NCBI GenBank assembly: GCA_963693365.1
Contig: CAVNZM010000015.1
Span: 3,851,502-3,915,501 of the forward strand
Source: Amoebidium appalachense
Taxonomy: Eukaryota > Protista > Ichthyosporea
DNA: 64,000 nt
Direction: 5' to 3'
Shown here one piece after another: positions 23,481-56,936 of the stretch. The number at the start of each line of letters is the position of its first letter. Within the stretch, counting starts at the first letter, position 1. The notes beneath the pieces are model-generated. The model ran no database searches. It worked only from the letters and a program-made list of their open reading frames with translations, and was not told the origin of the DNA. The position numbers and the translations under genes were made by a program.

Positions 23481-25791
23481 CGACCACGTGTACAGCTGTC
23501 ACACTTGACTCAGTTGACTGAGCCGCGTGACGTAACGAATAAGCGTTGATTGGCTCGGAACGCATCAAATCTATAAATGGTAACTGCTTTATTAAAAAAA
23601 TTGCGCGGTTGCCATGTAAAGTAGTCTTCGAGAAATTGTTGACATCTTCCTTACTGTATGCATGTATACTGTACATAATCTTCACCGAATACTCGGAAAT
23701 GTAAAATGTAAATTCAACGTTATTCGTAGTGTACCCATATACAGTACAGTATATTGCATGCTTATATATATATACTTGCATGCGCAGAGCATGTTTTGTC
23801 ATCAGCGATGGGGGATCAGGGAAATCGAAGGCTCCAAAATTCGTAAACGGGCGGTCACTCTGAATCCTGGTGTGGGTCAACGTCACTGAACCGGATTCCT
23901 CTTACACTCCATCCCCTGGGGGTTGATAAATCAAAAAAAAATCACCCATTCTTGACTAGTTTAAAAAAGTAGTTTTCCTTTTCCTCGTTCCTATTTCCTA
24001 ATAGAATCTCCTATGCATGTAAATGAATGTAGTGAATATCCATAATCAATCTTGAGTAATAATTAACTAATCAGTTGGATAAATATAGCTAATTTGTAGT
24101 TATTGACATGTACAGTATCATATCAAATGACAGTCCTGTATTACTAATTAATTAGTGGTGGCCGCGGCCCAGGATGAAGTTTGATAAACTTTGAAAAAAA
24201 AAAAAAAAAGGAAGAAGGTAGGTTATGAGGGGGGCCTGTTGGGAAGCAGCAGTAATGATGTCTTCTTGCGGAGTGTGGTCTGGTCAACATCGATCGATGC
24301 ATATGACTACATAGTTGGAGCAAACTCGTTTCACGCATACACGTACACTTAAGGTTTTGCCCGCTGGTGTCCTTTGTCACTTGTAGCTTTATTTTTATTT
24401 CGTAGCTTTGGTTTTTTCAGTTCTATTGGTGGGTATGTAGCCTGTGGCTGCACGTTGCCTTCATCAACGGATCAATAAAACCGAGTCAAAAGAAAAAGAA
24501 AGGGGGGTTTACGCACCCGGGCTGGGGGGGGATTCCAACCATGACCCTAAACCGCAGCCAATGCGCGCACCAGACTTGTGTACGTACACTCGCACAGCCT
24601 TGCAATCGTAAAAAATAATGTTGGCCAATATTAGGGCCACTGTAGCAATTTTTCCCCAGCCTGGACGGCCCTACTGAAGAAAATCCTTATATTTTTGCCG
24701 TGGTAGAGCCACTGATTGAAGTTCAGCGAACCTAACACCGAAAAACATGGGGACACTTTTGTAATAGGCTTTCCTGGCAACCCATGATAATTTCACAGCC
24801 TGGACTCGATGACTCAATTTGACAGCGTTCGGGAACTTATTTGTGTATGTACTGAGAAAATCAGCGATGATGTAAAGAAAATCTATGATTATAGTAAAAT
24901 GTGCCTATTATCATGATTGGTAAAAATAATCGCTGGTTCTGACTCCAGCAGTCCAGTTTCTGAGTACAAAATAAGTAATCGATGATGATCAGATTCCACA
25001 CAGGTCCGGCCCACAAATATTTGTTCGAATCTAAACAAACCAATCAAATCGCTCCTTGGCACCGAACCAGATTTGATGGAACGGCAAGTTGCAACTTGCA
25101 AGTTGCAATGCTCAAGGTTTTGGTCGCAAACCTGACCAGGCTCTCGAGCTCAGGATAAACTTGAAGAAACAGTTCTCTCACTCACAACATGCTGTACACA
25201 GAGCACACTCTGCACGTTGCACACCCCCAGTTCTGTTTACTTGCTCGAACTATAGTCCATGTTTTTGAATTAACCTTCCGATTTTACCTTTCTCGTTTTC
25301 CATGGCAATCGACGTCTGCAATTGAATACGATAAGTTTGCTTCAAACTTCGAAGGAAGATCCGTGGGGTGAGATATCTTTGCCACTACAACTAGTAGCTG
25401 CATACTGTAGTTTTGTTGCTACGGGAGAAGCCCAAAAACCACAACTTAATTATATGTTTGGCTGGGGTAAAGCAACGATTAGCTACCGTTTAACAGTTTT
25501 AGCCTACTTATAGGGTGCCTCTTAAGCAGACTCCACTCATGAGTGCATGTGTAAATCTGATGTGGACGTCTCAAACGAACCCGTAGAGCATTTGGCGCAC
25601 ACTTTTTGTTGCACGTGTTTCCCGGTGCCTTATTTGTCAATTCAGTGATTTAAGGCTAAGATCCTCTTCCTATTGTGCATCTTCATTAGTAAGCAGTGCA
25701 TGACATCGTGCAAACACTAGTACGTACGGCAGCCTAACGCTATTTCCGGTCTGTACGTATAATTACGTGCACCCAGTTTCAAAACATCACC

Positions 25792-27342
25792 ATGCCAAGC
25801 GTGAGCTTCTACGGTTATATTCGCAGCGAGGAAGATGCACGCACAGTCTTTGAGGCAGCGACGAACGGGCAGTGCCACGTTTTTATGGACAGATTAGACC
25901 ACAAAAAGTGCCATGTGCGTGCAGGTTTTGGCTACGTTTACGACGAAAAAAACGGGAAAGTGAAAAGGTGGACGGATGGGTACACCTGGAGCGACAGCTG
26001 CCACCCGGGGGGCAAAGTTCTCATATACAGGCAGGTAGACGTAGTGCAAAAGGACAATATAACGGTGAGATTGGAAGTGAAAAACGGATTGAAGAAAAAG
26101 ACCGTGGGCCACAAGACGAACGGACTACGCATCGTGTGCTACTACCACGACAGAGACTTAAAAGCATACGACGGGGACCTCGTTCTAGTTTCTCCAACCG
26201 CGACGGTGGAGGAGGAGGAGATATTGGGCCTTTTTTTGTTATCAAGAGCCCCCCCTCCCACGGCTTCTCTCGCCCACAGGAAACCAATCGCCAAATTTAC
26301 GAAAACAGCAAAGAAGGAGACCACTACACCCTCCACACCCGCACTCGAACACGGAGACCAACTACCCGCACTTCCCCCCCTTAAAGTTCACCCGAGCAAG
26401 CGGCGAAAGAGCCTAGTAAGGCAACAATCGGACCAACCCGACACGAAACGAAAACGAAGCAAAGCTGACGTGAGTGTGGAAGTGAGTCCTGAGGAGGGTG
26501 TGATTAACACCACGCCTACCTCGCAGAGTGTAATTTCTAACCCGATTTCTTCGGATTCCATCTATACTCCAAACTCTGCATTCGGCGGCGCCAGCTCGGA
26601 TGCATCGGGACAACGGGAAGTCGAACCTTTGGACTCGGTGCTCGATAAAATTGCCTTGGAGATGGCAAGTGGCGACATTTTTAGCCAACCTTACACTTTG
26701 CCAACCGCCAATAGCGGAAACACGGATGCGGGCTATAACCGCGGAGGGGAACTAGACAATGAGCACATGCCGTGGCTCAGCGGGCAGGCGTTCAGTGCGG
26801 ACCCACTTGGGGCCGAAGGGAAATTTCATATTAACTATGTCAACGGGGACGCCGCGGGAGATTTGCCACTGATTTTGGACAATAGTACGATGTGGTTTAA
26901 CCAGGTACAGAACCCACCTACATCCGATTCGGCAACTTCTCACGTCATGCAAACGGCACATAATCCTGCGGCGCATACTCTGTGCATGGATTTTATCCCG
27001 GATTATACCGCAAGAGGGAGACGGGCAGGGGGTTGGACGTACTATGCGGGAGAGAGCGAAGATACGGGAATTATTGGCCGTTTTGGGGAGAAAAGAACTA
27101 TTCAGCGAGATATGGGGGGCGTAATGGAACAGCGTGAGCGAGTGTCGGAATGGGAGGGAGGGGAGGGGGGGAAGGGAGAGGACGGGCTTTGGCAGAGACA
27201 TGAGGGGGATGGTAATGTGCATATGTATGCACCTAAAAGGGTGCTGCGGCGTACGGATACGGCGCTGAGCTTGAGGAAGATGATTGAGTTGGATTCGGGG
27301 ATGAAGTACGTCCCAGGCCTAGGCTGGGCTCAGCTTGTGTGA
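25792..27342 (+). CDS. WOPR (Gti1/Pac2, Wor1-like) DNA-binding domain protein, intronless, 516 aa
   Basis: WOPRa-like SFYGYIRSEEDARTVFEA...G...VYDEKNGKVKRWTDGYTWSDS...LIYRQ and WOPRb-like GLKKKT...RIVCYY match the family pattern (F.G.I....DA...FEA, KRWTDG..WS.S, GL.KKT, ..SYY). Basic NLS-like KRRKS and KRKRSK stretches follow, then a low-complexity tail. Confidence 0.88.
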   Translation: MPSVSFYGYIRSEEDARTVFEAATNGQCHVFMDRLDHKKCHVRAGFGYVYDEKNGKVKRWTDGYTWSDSCHPGGKVLIYRQVDVVQKDNITVRLEVKNGLKKKTVGHKTNGLRIVCYYHDRDLKAYDGDLVLVSPTATVEEEEILGLFLLSRAPPPTASLAHRKPIAKFTKTAKKETTTPSTPALEHGDQLPALPPLKVHPSKRRKSLVRQQSDQPDTKRKRSKADVSVEVSPEEGVINTTPTSQSVISNPISSDSIYTPNSAFGGASSDASGQREVEPLDSVLDKIALEMASGDIFSQPYTLPTANSGNTDAGYNRGGELDNEHMPWLSGQAFSADPLGAEGKFHINYVNGDAAGDLPLILDNSTMWFNQVQNPPTSDSATSHVMQTAHNPAAHTLCMDFIPDYTARGRRAGGWTYYAGESEDTGIIGRFGEKRTIQRDMGGVMEQRERVSEWEGGEGGKGEDGLWQRHEGDGNVHMYAPKRVLRRTDTALSLRKMIELDSGMKYVPGLGWAQLV

Positions 27343-27954
27343 TTGTTTCCTTTTTTTCCCCCTATCTATTTCTTTTTCTTTCTTTTTCTTTTCTTTTTTC
27401 TTTTTCTTTTTTATCCTCCCTTTTCATGGAGTAAATGGTGGGTTTTTATTCTGGGATCTTGATATGTAGCCTGTACAAAGTCTTTGCATGCATGTTGTTC
27501 CATTGTGAATTATTCGGGTCCGGCTGTCATAATGGGTATACTATGTGTTGCCGATCGGACTCTTTTTAAGTTGTTAGCCTATGATCTCAGTATATCGTGA
27601 CACCATACGGGTCTTTTAAGTTCCACCTAAGTTATTAGTACTGGTATTCGTAACTTTTAAGTTAGTAAGTCGGTACAATTTCAGTTCCATAAGAGACTCC
27701 CAAATGGTATCATTTTGATTCACGAGAACACTACCAATCATTTAATAGTTACAAACGTACCACCTCCAATTTGTTAATTAGGTGCTGGCCCGATTTTTTT
27801 TTTTTTTTTACCAACGATTTTCAGGCACTGTGACGATAAGTTCAGCTATCTCGGTGGTAAAGACCGTTTTACTCTAGTAATCGTGTCACGCATATGTTTG
27901 TGTAATTCCAATGTTTGTAATAACTTATCACACGATGGTTTCGGCGCGACATCC

Positions 27955-28008
<54 letters not shown>

Positions 28009-28912
28009 ATGATCTGTTCATGTTAGTTATTAATTCATGATCGACATCCGGAGTCAGGTACGGACCTGGTTGTGGCAATGTTTTTTATACGGTGCCTTCT
28101 CGTAGCGTCTGTATTGTAACCAATACGGCCTTAAAATTTCTGTTTTTTTTTTAAAAAAAATACCTTTATGTGATAGGCCAATTAGAATCCATGCGGGTCC
28201 CGAAGGGCGGCAGCCCAAACGATCTTTGGTGGTTTCGCTGCAATACTCCATAATCTAAATTGATGATTCTTTTCCTCGGCGTACATACCGTGTATACCAT
28301 TTTTTATGAACCCTGTATCGGGGGCCTTCAGTTATGTAACTTCATGTAAACGAAGGCAGTCCAGATGGCCTACGTGCGGCATAATCTCGTTGTGAACTTA
28401 ACGCTGCACCGTGGCAGATGGTTGGCCAATTACCACGAAAAGCATATTCATATGTTCTGTTTTGGCGGCCTTTGAATTTTCAACATATCGTTTTAAATTT
28501 GTTCGTAATTACTGCCCGACCGTGTTGATTACCAAGGAGTCCGGGCAACTGTATACATATAAATTGTTTGACTGCATGACTAGCCTCTACTTTTCTAAAA
28601 CTCGACCCACCTGTCTAATTTAGGTACATGTTTAAATTCAAAGGATTCGTGAAATCTAAATTTAGTTTGGTGTAGTCACTAGTCATATATGAACTATGTA
28701 GTCAAAAGCTGAGATATTCACACAGACAGTATATTCACGGCTCAGGGGTTCTAAGGCTTGCCACCTTCGAAAAAACTGGGAAGGGGGAGGGGGGGGGGGG
28801 GGGGGGGGGGGGGGAGAAGGGGGAGGGGGTGGTGGGTAGAACAACCGACTAGGGGGATGTATCGCTGTCCTCCCCTTCCCCCCCCCTCCCCCCCCCCCCC
28901 TCTCAATCCCCC

Positions 28913-28953
<41 letters not shown>

Positions 28954-29044
28954 TAGCTTCCCCTCCGCGCAGTTCGCCTCGAGCTTCCCCAGCTTACCGT
29001 AAGGTCGCAGCTCCCCACATTGGCCCCACTTCTGTAGCTCCCTC

Positions 29045-29099
<55 letters not shown>

Positions 29100-29224
29100 A
29101 CGCACAGACACGCCGTTTTCACGTTATTGCCTCAAGTTGTCCAAATTTTCCAAGACGTGTGCGTGCAATGGTGTGTGTGTATGTGCACCTGTGTGTGTGT
29201 GTGTGTATGATGTGTGTGTGTGTC

Positions 29225-29290
<66 letters not shown>

Positions 29291-29563
29291 TGTGTGTGTG
29301 AGCGCGCACCAGTGGGTGGGTAGTCTCTCCCTCTCCCCCTCTTTCTCTCCCTCTTCCTCTCTCTCTCTCTCTCTCCCCCACCCACCCACCCACCCACACT
29401 CCCTCCCTAACTCCCACCCTCGCTCCCACCCTTCCTCTCTCCCTCTCTTTATCTCCTCTCTCTCTCTCTCTCTCCCCCCCCCCCCTCCCTCTCTCGCATG
29501 GCGCTGGTAGCTGGGCGGCTGTATTGTCTCTGCGTGCTTGTGCGCCCACTGTGTGTGTGTGTG

Positions 29564-29651
<88 letters not shown>

Positions 29652-29743
29652 GTGTGCGGGCGCGCGTGCGCGCTTATGTGTGTGTGCTTGGCGGTAGTGT
29701 TGGTGGTGGTGGTATTGGTGGTGGTGTTGGTGTGCGTGTCACG

Positions 29744-29822
<79 letters not shown>

Positions 29823-30324
29823 GGCACTACTTTCGGTGGTGTCGGTGGAGTCACATTATTTCGACAACATCTGGTGACTTTATTGTTCTGGTACATTCAT
29901 TAAGATTTATCATTCGGAATTTGTGAGACGAAAGAAAAATCGAGTCAAAGATATTCCAAGCTGGATAGTAGTTATGCATACGATATGCTCAAGTGCTAAA
30001 ACAAGAAGAAAAGGGAAAGGGAAAAAAAAAAAAAAAAAGATTTGGGTAAGTGGGTACGCGTGTGTCCGTGCTCAAATACTTTGGAACTACCAACACACAC
30101 ACACACCAGCCCATTCATTCAACAAGCAGATGGGGGATACCCTGAGAAATACCCTATTACCATTGCTATATTTGGAATTTATTATTCTAATCTGAAGAAT
30201 TCACCGAAAAAACTTTAACCACATTCATACTCCAATTTGGATAAATACAAGAATGACACACCCATCTTACATGTAACACAGGGCTCTATGGACCAGAGAT
30301 ATAACACTCAGGGGATATACAGAG

Positions 30325-30362
<38 letters not shown>

Positions 30363-30621
30363 CCCAACACACACATACAAGAAACTGGATCCACTATATG
30401 TGCTTGAATAACAGAGACCCATCAATTTAATCATGACATTGCTCGAAACTTCCTTCTGGTGCAATCTTATCGCAATTACCATATATGGAAGCTTATCCCT
30501 CTCCTCTATTAGTCTCATTGCCTTGTGCCGTCGTCCTGCCAGTTGCCCCCGGCAAGTGCACACCTGGTCAAAGAACATCATGTATGTTAGATCGTAAGAT
30601 TGACCATATTTGGCTAAATGG

Positions 30622-51436
<20,815 letters not shown>

Positions 51437-51872
51437 GATCCGACCCGGGCCAGAAAGACGGTAGAAATGGAAAGTGCAGCTGCAAGCGTTAAGAGTTAGC
51501 CTTCACTCGTGTCCGCACACTATCTATCTATCCCTTACAATCCCACCATATGCGTCACTCGTTTGAAACAAGGCCTCCTAGATAAACGATAAACGACGTC
51601 CCTCATTCCAGCCGCTGTCCGGTCCCGCGGGCGGCGGCCCCAGCGCTGAGCCGCCTTTCGGAGGGATCAGATAAGCCATATTTAGTAAATAGGCCAGCAC
51701 GACCATTGGCCTTTATAGATTACAGAACACCGTGTTCTAGTTCTCTGTGTGTTGCGATCGTCTGTTTTGGGGGGAGTTGTTCGCCGAGGCGGTGACACTG
51801 GTTGACGATAGCACTGATTATGGTAGCCCTTTTCCGCCTGAACTTTGTTGTTTTGCATGCTGTTTCTTCTCC

Positions 51873-52785
51873 ATGTCTGCTCTGTTTACACGACATGATG
51901 CACTCCCTACGGCGACTTTGGCGCTTCAGAATGGGGAACTGCAGCCGCTGCAACCTGCAGGGCCCTCCTGGGGCAGTCAAGTTTGCTCAATACCCGGGCC
52001 TTTTCTCCCCCTATGAAGGCCGGGCCCCCGACTTGCAGTATCCAAACCAACTGTTGAAGCAGTTCTGTCGGTTAATTGCAAGATTTACGAACTGAACAGC
52101 TTGCTGTTCTATATCCAGCATGGGGCAGCAGTTATTGCCGGGATAAAGAAGCCGAGTGTTTGCAAGGAAACGAACATGTGCTGTAACATCTTAATGCCCA
52201 ACCAGCTACTGGTGCACTGCTCTTTATACATAGCAACATCATCGGCCTGGCCACCAGCGGGGAATCTTCAAACAAGTTGGTATGCTCCCGCTCCCTCTTT
52301 GCCACTAGCAACCCTTGGGCCAGAAGAAGGGGGGAGGGGATTGTGGGGGGGGGGGGGGGGTGGGAAAGAGGGAGGTGCAGGGGAAGGTAGCGGGCTGGGA
52401 GGGGAGTAGGGTTACAAGGGGAGGGGGGAGGGGAGGGGAAAGAAGGTAGCAAGGTATCTAGCACTTTTGATTTCAAAGGGTAATGGGGTTCAGGAGAGAT
52501 CGCGTGTCAGTCTCAGCATCTGTGATTCGATTTTTGGGCGGCTTGGGGTTGGGTGTTGCGGGGGGGTGCGGAGGGGAGAAGGGCATAATGGAAGGGGGAG
52601 GGGGGGGGGGGGGGGGAGGGGCGGAAGGGGGGACGGCCGCGGAGGGCATGAGGTGTAGCCTACGAGATCGATATCGGGGAAGGGGAATGGAGGGGGCCGG
52701 CCAGTGCGGGACAAGAAGTGGTCGTGGTAGGGTGCATGTGTAGGGGAGCACCGGGGGTTGGGCTTGTGTTCTGGTGTTTTTTTTT

Positions 52786-52833
<48 letters not shown>

Positions 52834-53117
52834 GAGGCAAAGGCTAATGGTGAGGCAAATCCCGAATCATTAAATGAGCACCAAGGAAGTTCAAGTTTTC
52901 ATGTAGAAGGGAGAGAGGGGGAGGGGGGAAGCAACCAGTGATTAGTCGTAGTGGGGAGGGGGATTGGGAGAAAGTGATGGAGTTGGGGCCACAAGCCTGG
53001 CCCGGGGTTGGATAGGGATGGGGGGGGGGGGGGGGGGGAGGGTTGGGGGGGTGGGGTGTCGACAACTTGAGCACGTATTTACCCTAGCAATATCTTGCTT
53101 CAGCCCCCCCCCCCCCC

Positions 53118-53157
<40 letters not shown>

Positions 53158-54474
53158 CCACTACCACCCCCACAAACACACACACAACACCATCCCATCC
53201 TACCCTTGGAAGTCCATTCTTAAGTCACACACACATGCACTGCACACAACACATGATATTATGTCTCCCTCTGTGTTGGTGTCCACACATTACCTTTCCT
53301 CCTGCTCATGTTTGCTATGCTATCTGCCCCCCTCCCCCCCCCCTTCCCTTTACCTCTGCATCTTCCTTCCCTCCCGTAGTACCCTCGTGCCCTCAAAGCC
53401 AGGCTCTTCCATCCCCCCCCCTCCCCCGGAAACCTACACACTCAATTTCACCCCTTCATCATGATGGCTACGTGCCCCCCCCCCCCCCCCCCCCCCCCCT
53501 CCCCCCCCCCTCCCCCCCCCCCCCTCCCCTCCCCCGGGCCCGCCCCTCCTCCCCACCCGGTGACCTTACTTTTCATGCAAGACCCGACAACAGCCGCAAT
53601 CTCATAGCACCATCACAATATTGCTTCTCCTCAGTCCCCCCCTCCCCCCCCCCCCCCCCCCCCCCTTATCCCCAGCTGCCCCTCCCCCCTCCGCACACAC
53701 CCACACACCCTTTCCTGCCTCCTTGACAATGTAGCCATTTCTACTTTGTATAGTGTTCCTCTGCACTGATACTCTACAGGCTCTCCTTACCCTCCCTCCG
53801 GACCCTCAATCCGACCTGTCTCATCCATTCCCCCTTACTGCCTGTAACCCTCTCTTTTTTCTCCGTCCTGCCTCCCCGCCCCCCTCCCCTCCCCCCCCCC
53901 CCCCCTCCGTCCCCCCTCCCCCCCACCCCCCACCCACCCACCCCCCGAGTCATGCGCATACCATGGCAATGCACCCACCGGGTCCATGCAAATGCATACA
54001 CCCGCATACACCCATCACACACACTCACACACCCAATTCACGCAAACCCGGTTATTTTGGGTCACATGTTTAACTGCTTAGCCAACATGGTGTTTTCACC
54101 TGCAGGAAACAGAGCGGTAGATGCTCCACCATGGTCGGTCTGACTCACACACCAAGCGACAACACCCCCACGGTGACCACCATGCAGTAAGCACCCCCCT
54201 CCACCCCCTCCCCCCCCCCCCTCCCTGGGCGGCCCCCCCTCCACCCCCTCAACCCCCCCCCCCCCCGCCCCTCCTCATTACGGGCTGTCCCCACCATTAC
54301 CACTTACCACTCGAATACGTTGATCGAGGTGAGAGAAGAAAAAAGAACTTGAACCCAGAAAGATGCAGTCTCTTGAACCACTTCCCCACTTTCAACCCAT
54401 CCATGCACACCCGGGCACCCCGTGTCTCAAGACCGCTGTCCGTAGCACTTAGTAATGGTAACGGTGCCTACTAA

Positions 54475-54512
<38 letters not shown>

Positions 54513-54799
54513 CTCCCCCGTTAATATGCATACTCTTTATTTGCACCCTGTAAAATGTTCAAGTCACCCGTCATGAATGTGTGCTTCGTACTGAGTTACT
54601 ATGACACATTCTAACCCCTTCCCTCCCCCCTTCCCCCCCCCCCCCTCCCCCCTCTCCCCCTTGCCCCCCCTAAGGCTTCTTTGCTTGGGCATCTGCGGCT
54701 GCCTGGATGGTAGCTGCGAACGGCCCGGTATTCCAACTCTATTATCACCTTCATCATCGACAACATGACCACAAGAAGCGAAGCGTCAAAACTTTTTAA
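51873..54799 (+). other. Possible spliced plus-strand gene divergent from the SMG7-like gene; product not identified
   Basis: Unique-sequence blocks bounded by AG...GT on + (~53780-53843, ~54106-54186, ~54675 onward), and simple-repeat polarity flips to C/CA-rich on +. I could not build a consistent reading frame. Confidence 0.3.
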
Positions 54800-55292
54800 G
54801 TCGCAGGTGAGTGTGAGTGAGGTGCTTACTGAAGTTCGGGGAGGGGTGTGATCACTGTGCTTGCCACGCGGGCGCCGAGGAAGGAAGGGGGGGGGGGGGG
54901 GGAATCACCCGGACACACGTGCCTCACTTGATCGAGAGCGTAGCGCTTGTAACTGTTATCACAACTTGCAGTTTACTAAGCCGCAGTACTGATTAGGAGC
55001 ACTGTGCGGCAGCAAAAACGTTTCAAGGCAAACTCGTGGCATAGCCCAGAGCATCGGAAGAAAACGATTTAAATATTTTTCTTTCTCCCTTTTTGACCCC
55101 CAGCCTCGCTTTAAATTTACCTTCTTTTTTTAATATATAATAAAAAAAACCGCCGTTTAAGGGCCGTGGCGCTCGCGTTGTAAATAATTTCGCTCGACGC
55201 GCTACTGAAAAAAATGACTGTGTAAATGTAGGCATGTAACAGTTCAAGTTTCTGTTGTTTTCAGTTCTGCCCCTTGTGGTGGTGGTGGGTTG

Positions 55293-55327
<35 letters not shown>

Positions 55328-55758
55328 AGTACGAGAAACTTTCTAGAAGTTGTTACATATGCAGCTAGTGGCACACCGTCAGCTGTAAAGCCTTGTGTAC
55401 TGAGTCTCTGTGATATTACTGTACGCATCTCATAATGTCAAGGTGTGTGCAGCGTACAGTGTGTGTGTGCGTGTGTGTGAATTGTGTGCCACGGCGTGTG
55501 TGTGCGTGTGTATGTGTGTACACGTGTGTGTGTGTGTCTTTGTGTGGGCGTGTACATGTCAACAGTTACTTCAATGTGGATATGTTCTACGTGTGTACAT
55601 GCACGTGTGTGTCACACGCCAGTGAGTGTGCCACCGTGTACACATGCATAGTGTGTATGCATGCACGTATGCATGAGCGCGTGTTTCTGTCACAGTACGT
55701 GCCTGGATGCGTGTGTGTGTGCGCGTGTACGTGTGTGTGCACCGTTTAGTGTGTGTGC

Positions 55759-55845
<87 letters not shown>

Positions 55846-56936
55846 ATGTGTGTGTGTACAGTGTCATGTACATGTCGTGCGGCGCGCGCGTGTGTGTGTG
55901 TACTACTAGCACGTAGTCACCGTAGTACTTTGCTTTCTTGCCTCCCGTCAAGGTACGACTGATTTAGCTATAGCTATAGGTCAGTTAGTATTACTTGCTA
56001 TAGATAGTATATATACTTGGCAATAATAGTAATTTTAGGAAAAGGAAAACGGTGAAAAACAGCCGCCCGTCATGCCCGTGGCAGGCTGCTCAGGCGGTTA
56101 TGCGCCAGCCTCCAGGCCCTCAGCCTCAGGCCCGACAGGGCCATCGATACGATGTCGGGAGCAATCGCGTTGACGAACTATGCATGGTATGTTCTAGGGG
56201 GACCATGATATGCGATTCCGGGACACTGAGTGAATTCCTTCTTATAAGCATTGCACGGGCTAGCTTCAAGTGCGAACTTCAAGCCTCCGGAGGAAGCTCG
56301 AGAGTCTATAATATACGCAAACAAAACAACAGCGGGACACTAAGAGAGTTCAGTGAACATTTTGGAAGCTGAATCTCTAAATTGGTTTACATGCGCCAGG
56401 TCGGATAGGCAAAAGGCTGGCGCTCAGATCGATCACGATCGGACGAGTCGACGTCACGTACGTATACGTACAGCACTTACCAGTATACTCATGTCAGGCC
56501 TCATGATCACGGGCGGCTGCGATGGATTATCTTGCAAAGCTCTGGCATAGCAACCATTGTAAATCTATAAATAATTACACGTGAATTGACTTGCCTGAGC
56601 TTTGGCGTCGACGTCAGTATACAGGTACCTACATACGGTACCGTACCAGTTGGAGACTAATTGTTCCTGCAGCTGGACTTATCTTGTGACTGCAGGTGCA
56701 CACGGGCGCGTGATCAGTACAATAGTTGCGCATGCATGCACCGATTGAGCCAACTTGCGGCAGTCACGGCTCAGGCTCAGTATGTGCATTAGCACTAATT
56801 TGCTTGTATAATTTAGCAGCTCGAAGTTGCAAACGTGTACGCCCGAAGGTGGAGCAACTAGTATATAACACAACACACAGTGCCTACCATGAACGTGGTC
56901 CACATCCCAGAAAGCACATTTGTCAAATTTCGCATA

